A stretch of 60,490 nucleotides of DNA, filler included, from Dugesia japonica (taxonomy: Eukaryota), in NCBI GenBank assembly GCA_001938525.1. It is 6 parts of 6 records of this genome, joined end to end, with 100 filler letters (N's around TTAATTAATTAA, not from the genome) between each part and the next. Parts side by side here need not be neighbours in the genome. Positions count along the whole stretch, not along the records: positions 45,907 to 60,490 come from MQRL01642136.1; 5 more parts are not named here. One strand, written 5' to 3'. Under the pieces are notes generated by a model. The model searched no databases. It saw only the letters and a list, made by a program, of their open reading frames with translations, and was not told the origin of the DNA. Shown one piece after another: positions 54,991 to 60,490 of this stretch. The number at the start of each line of letters is the position of its first letter. The stretch's first letter is position 1. The position numbers were made by a program, and so were the translations under genes.

Positions 54991-55866
54991 TTATATTTTT
55001 TTATAAATCTTGTCAGATATTAAACCCATCATCTTTAATTTTTTACATGTCTTTTGTATTTCTTCATCTACATTATCATTTCCAGATTTTGCTGCTGAAA
55101 TTAATAATGTTAACTTTACAAATAAAGCCAGAGGTGAAAAACCTTGTCCACTTTCATATTCTGATTTAGAATATTCTACAGGTGGANGTGTTATAACTGG
55201 TAATGATGTTGGTATAATTTTCTTTTTTCTTTTAGGTTTTACATTAACATCTACCTTTTTAAATTTTCTTTTTAAAATACTAACATAATCACAATTAGTT
55301 GGAATAGGAGCAATAAATTTATTTAAATAAATCTCAACATCTTCAGGTGTTTCTGTTCTATCTAGATTTCTTAAAATTATTCTAAATATTCCATCAGTGA
55401 ATGGTATAACTTCAGATTTCAATAAGAAATTTTTATTATTATCTGGTCCGGAGGCCGGCTCTGCTATTTCCTCAAATAAATAAATTTTGTTTTCTTTTAA
55501 AGTTATTTCCCTAAAACTTTTTTTTATCTTATCAACACCAACAATATCTAATCTAGAAAATTTAGGAATAATTGTTTGAGTAAATTTTCCGCAATTATTA
55601 ATATTATCAATTGAAAATTCAGGAATAAATGGAATTACTTTTTCATTTAAAAAGAATTTTGTTATATCTCTCGTTTCTAATGATGTTTCTGGTTTTATTG
55701 AAATTTTTTCTAATGCTGAAATTAATGGTTGTTGCATGAAAGATAATTCACTTTGTAAGTTTCTTGTTTGAATATTATTTTTACAGAAAAAATCATTATA
55801 TTCTTTTTGAGCTTTAATTTGTTTTTTTATTTCTATAATTCTTTTTTCAACTTCTTTTGTATTCAT
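54991..55866 (-). CDS. Maverick putative core protein (291 aa)
   Basis: Intact ORF with QPLISAL, FTDGIF..I, SGQG and a C-terminal KLTLLISAAKSGNDNV..EI....L...GLI helix motif typical of Maverick accessory proteins. Confidence 0.6.
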   Translation of the reverse strand: MNTKEVEKRIIEIKKQIKAQKEYNDFFCKNNIQTRNLQSELSFMQQPLISALEKISIKPETSLETRDITKFFLNEKVIPFIPEFSIDNINNCGKFTQTIIPKFSRLDIVGVDKIKKSFREITLKENKIYLFEEIAEPASGPDNNKNFLLKSEVIPFTDGIFRIILRNLDRTETPEDVEIYLNKFIAPIPTNCDYVSILKRKFKKVDVNVKPKRKKKIIPTSLPVITXPPVEYSKSEYESGQGFSPLALFVKLTLLISAAKSGNDNVDEEIQKTCKKLKMMGLISDKIYKKI

Positions 55867-55896
55867 GCTTCGCGTGTAGGCTATTTTCTATAAAAC

Positions 55897-56531
55897 TATT
55901 TTAGCTTTCATCTTCATCTGTTTCATCTTTATCTTCTTCAATTTTTATATATATTGTTTTGTCTACCACCTTTATTACCTTTGTGGGCTTTGCTCCACGG
56001 ATTTAAATATAAACCTTTTCTTTTATGAACTATACGTATTCCTTTTTTAAACTTTTTTGTTACATCTTTAAATTTAGGATCAATATTTTTTAAATATTTA
56101 TAAATTGCAGAACCTTGCCATGGACTTAAATATAAACCTTATCCAGTTTTGGTTTGTCCATCGGCCAGCTTCGCGGTTTCAGTTTCTGTAATAGTTTGTT
56201 CGGTTTTAGGTTTATCTAAAAGTTCAATCTCTTTTTGATTTTTAATGGCTTCTCTAGAATTTGCAACTGTTTTTGCAATTCCAGATGCAATACCTGTTGC
56301 ACCAGCTAATGCACCAATTATTGCAGGTATTGCAGCTAAAAATGCAAAACCGCTATCTTTAGATTTCTTGGCTTTGAGTTCATCTTTTACTTTTTTACTA
56401 ATATAATAATTTTTACCGTTTATCTTTACAGATTTACATTTCTTAAAATTTACTATCTTTTCTAATTCTTCTTCTGAAGGATTACCTGCATTCGTTACAC
56501 TCGTTGGGCTCGTTACACTCGCTTTGGTCAT
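55897..56531 (-). pseudogene. Adenovirus pX(mu)-like core protein
   Basis: SGFAFLAAIPAIIGALAGATGIASGIAKTV. After a frameshift come GLYLSPW and KGLYLNPW repeats. Confidence 0.65.
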
Positions 56532-56539
56532 TTCTTATA

Positions 56540-59500
56540 TTAACAATTTAATGTTTTATTTATAATGTCTAATCTAAAATGCCACATTATGCATTCTTCA
56601 CAATAACATTGATTTCCATGTGGCCATGTTTTTGTTGCATTATCTTTTATAATTCTTTTGTCGTCATATCCAATTAATGCAATCTTTTGTTGTTCTACAA
56701 TTTCAATTTCATGTAAGTTTGATTTTATTGTATAGTTTTTTCCATAAATTATTTTACTAGGATCTTTTAAAACTTCATCAAAATTTTTCATTAACAATTT
56801 ATTATTTTTCTTTACATCTTTTTTTCTCGAATCAAATGCTACGCGATCTTTTGTTTGATAACTATAAGCATAAGAATTTGCTTTTATAAAATCTCCTTGA
56901 ATTATTTCAGAATCAGGCATTTCGTCTTTCATCTGAAATAATTCATTTCTCAATAAACTTTCTAATTTTATTAAATTATCTCTACCTTTTATTTCTGTAA
57001 AGATACCATCCGTGTCTGAATAATGAATTTTATAATTATCTTCTCCAATTAAAGGTTGCATTTGTTCATATATAAAATCATACATTACTTGTTTTGCATG
57101 TTCAATTATTGTAAATTCAATATATTGAAATTTATTATATCTTAATTTTCCTTTTACCATATGCATTGCCGCAACATTGGCTTCATTTGAATCATTCATT
57201 GTGAAGATTTTACTTGATTTAAAATTTATTTTAGATGTAAACTTTTGATAATCTCTGTCTTTATCTACAATTTCTATGTTACACCTATTTCTGATATTTT
57301 CTAGTGTTTTTCCATAAAATACATTCAACATTAATTTATAAATGTAATCACCAAAAACATCTTTATTTTTTTAGATTTAATTTATAAACATGTTCTTTAA
57401 ACCATGGAGATGTTTTCATTAAAATTTTCTTGTGAATCATTTTTAGTTTCATTCCAAGTTTTAAATATAAATCTAATATACTTCCTAAAACTACATAATT
57501 TTTCTTGTTAAATTGATTAAGTGTAAGTTTAACATTTTTATGTGATATTTTCCTTTTAAAACTTTTTTGGTAATTACTTAACATGTCTTCTGTAATATTT
57601 ATTCTTTCTGGACATAATGGGAAATATTTTGTCTTATCATGAATTTCCGGTGGATAATCAAGATCAACTTCATAAACAAAATTAATGTTATCATTTGCCA
57701 TTTCATATGTTAAGTCTTCACATTCAAACATTTCACCTGTTGGTAATGGTCTAGTCATGCAACTTGCATATAAAGAGTTTTCATCAATATATTTTNNNNN
57801 NTATAAATGTATCTTCAAATAAATCATTAAGATAATCATCTGGAATGAACTCATGTGTGTTCATCATTTCTTTTAATTCTTCAAATTGTGCTTTATTCAT
57901 TTGTCTGGTATATGGATTTTTATTGTTATCATGACTAAATACTTAACTTTCACCTAAAACTCCAGAATATCCACCTCTAATTCCTTCTTCAATCATTAAG
58001 AAAATATCATAAGTTTCTTGTTTCGCATATTTCAATTTTACATTTGCATTTAACATTCCTGTTTCCCATGAATATCCTGGAGCCGAATATGAATAACATG
58101 GATCTAATTGAAGAAGATTGTTTAGACATGAATCTCTAAAGTTTTCTAAGAAAGCTGCTAGAATCAAAACATCTAACTTCATATAATGTAACACCACATA
58201 TTTTCATATTCTTCAAAGTCAATTAGAAATGCCGCATAATCTTCATCAGATATTTCTTTTTATGTTAATGTATTAAAGAAATCTTCTTTTGTTGGTGTTT
58301 AGTTTAATTTTAATAATTCTTCAACTTCTGTAATATTTTTTCCTTATACATATTTGTATGGAAATATAGCTTTCTTTGATCTTAAATTAAAAGAATTTAA
58401 TATTGGATAATTACCCGATTGTGTTAATAATTTTCCTATTGTTTCAATTGATGTAAATGGAAGTAATCGTGCCGAATCAAGAAATTTAATATTTTCATAT
58501 TGAAATGAAATATAATTATCTGATGAATGTGGAATTATTTTTTTAATTGTTGATGGAAAGTTTGTTAATAGTTCTCTAAAAAATAAATGGTTATCATAAC
58601 CTGATGCGTTATGAAAGTAAAATGGTATAAATAAATTTTTAACCCTTTTATCATTCATGTTACAATTATTACACGAATATCCACAAAATTCTCCATTAAA
58701 ATGGTTATGATCTTTAACTGGAGTGCCGCATATTTGTCCGTCACAATATCTACATTTTGTCTCAGATGTAAATTCTGGAACTTCGCTTGTGATTTCTTCT
58801 ATAAATTTATTTTCTTTAATATCTTTTAATTTATTATTAATGTCTTCTAAAAATTTAAAGAAGTCATCATAAATGTTTTCACCTGAGAATTCATAATATT
58901 TACTTTCTAATAATTCTTGATAATCTGATTTTAAATAAATACCTAATGATAAAGCTTTTTGTTTTTTAGTTAGAATGTTTGTGTATGCTTCGAAATCTCC
59001 AAGAAGTATAAATGGTATTTTATTTTTCTGATAATATTTATTAAAAGAATAATAATCTTCATATCGAAAAATAATATTATTTGGTTGATGGTTAATACAA
59101 AATTCTTGATGTTTCTTTAAAACGTCTTCATTTGAATAAAAATTCATACATCTGATACACGGATAACTTTTATTTCCATTTGTTGCAAAGAATACAGTTA
59201 GATCTCTACATAAAATGTAATGATCTTTATACACTAACAAATTACATTTATTTTCTTCTGAATTTGGTTTTGTTGTATAATGTGAAATGTGTAATGGTTC
59301 AAGTTTTTTATTAGAATTTACACCAAACACATTTATTTTAAAGTTATTTAATTTTTCAAATTTTTCTATATCGTCGATGTTCATTGGAAATTTAGAACAA
59401 TAATATCTTAATTCTATTTAATGTAAAATGTAATTTTCTACACGTATTGGATTTTCAACTGGATATTTATGAGCTAAGATTGAATACAAGAAACATTTAT

Positions 59501-60329
59501 TATCTTTATTTTCTATATTGATAACACCTTGTTTTTTAAATGGTAATTTGCAAAATGTTGCTCCAGCTAATGATTGATATTTACTTAAATCTATTTTATA
59601 ATCAATTATATGTGACATTGTCCATCCTGAGCCTTCTTTATCTTTGTCTTCAATCTTTCTTTGTAATTCATTAAATATTTCATTAACACCATTTTTAATT
59701 TTACTTTCAATTGTAAATCTTTTATTTAAAGAATCTGGTGGAAAATCTCTTTCAAGATATTCATTATTTGTTTCTTTTGTATATTTACAATTAACTGACA
59801 TACTTATAAGAATCTTTTTTACATATCTAAAATATTTAGTAACAATTTCTTCTACTTCATCTTGAAATAAATTAATATCTCTAACTGGTTCATATATTTC
59901 ATCTACATTTAATTTCATCACTGCTTTGCTTTCTTTGAAATATTCAATTTCATAATCTTTAAATTCTCTTAATAGATCTTTAATTTCTGGTTCATAATCA
60001 ATTGCTTCTTCACCAGGAAGTTGATCAAATAAAACTTTGTTTACAATTTCTTTATGTTTGTCAGAATTGAAATGTGCTCTTTCATTATTTTGTCTTTGAA
60101 ATTTTTTATCACAGAATTCACAGAATAATGGAAAAATATTTGGGTTTTCACATTTTGTTGAATTTAAATTTTCATGTAAACCATTTTCTGAATTAAATCT
60201 TTTATGACATTTTAAACATTAAAATTTTTTATTTTCTCTATAACAAGTTCTAGAATTAATATGTCCTTTTAACCCAGCTAGGTTTTTAAATGTTTTATTA
60301 CAATTAGAACATTTATTTATATTGCTCAT
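56540..60329 (-). pseudogene. Protein-primed family B DNA polymerase with N-terminal C2H2 fingers and an EndoVII-like insert
   Basis: GSGW, CFLYSILA, GDFEA (ExoI), KDHNHFNGEFCG..CNNCN, FHNASGYDNH (ExoII), DENSLY (A), MLNVFYGKT (B), YSDTDG (C), DDKR. Several frameshifts. Confidence 0.96.
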
Positions 60330-60490
60330 GTCTGTAGGTTGCTTTGCTATTTTCTAAAGAATTAATTTAATCATAGACACACTAAAAGGGGGACATATTT
60401 CCTCTTAAATTAATATTTTTTATATTTAAGAGGAAATGGTCAATACCTCTTTAAAAAGTCACTTCGTGTATCTGACATTTTACATATGAA

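Larger units (their letters stand above)
45907..60490. mobile_element. Maverick/Polinton (adintovirus-like) endogenous virus, partly decayed; termini not visible
   Basis: Intronless, tightly packed major capsid and PLA2/integrase on +; ATPase, minor capsid, core proteins and pPolB on -. The two blocks converge at ~51600. Confidence 0.95.

Noticed and set aside
56540-60329. Alternative genetic code or programmed recoding to explain stops in the Maverick
   Set aside because: The breaks include frameshifts and different stop types, and the host genes read cleanly in the standard code. Decay or assembly error is sufficient.

Overview
AT-rich eukaryotic (metazoan) DNA dominated by decayed transposable elements. 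The window is not one locus. Five identical 100-bp spacers (44N-TTAATTAATTAA-44N) join six contigs: 1-8868, 8969-18313, 18414-27617, 27718-36455, 36556-45806 and 45907-60490. Two host genes are recognisable: a complete 4-exon UBE2E-family E2 gene with 41-82 bp introns, and the last coding exon of NDUFA12. Mobile elements include several Ty3/Gypsy copies, Tc1, mariner, pogo/Tigger, two hAT elements, a Penelope-like element and Maverick/Polinton material. The last contig is a ~14.5-kb partly decayed Maverick (major capsid, PLA2-integrase, ATPase, minor capsid, pX-like core protein, pPolB). Best leads: (1) a Gypsy element with a chuvirus/gB-like glycoprotein between the PBS and protease, where gag should be; (2) GC-rich micro-hairpin modules sitting at four Maverick start codons and in frame inside other genes; (3) minimal hammerhead ribozymes in Penelope repeats; (4) a 42-bp palindromic TGA(C/G)TCA array behind a putative Maverick terminus. 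All homology calls come from motif recognition by eye; no searches were run.
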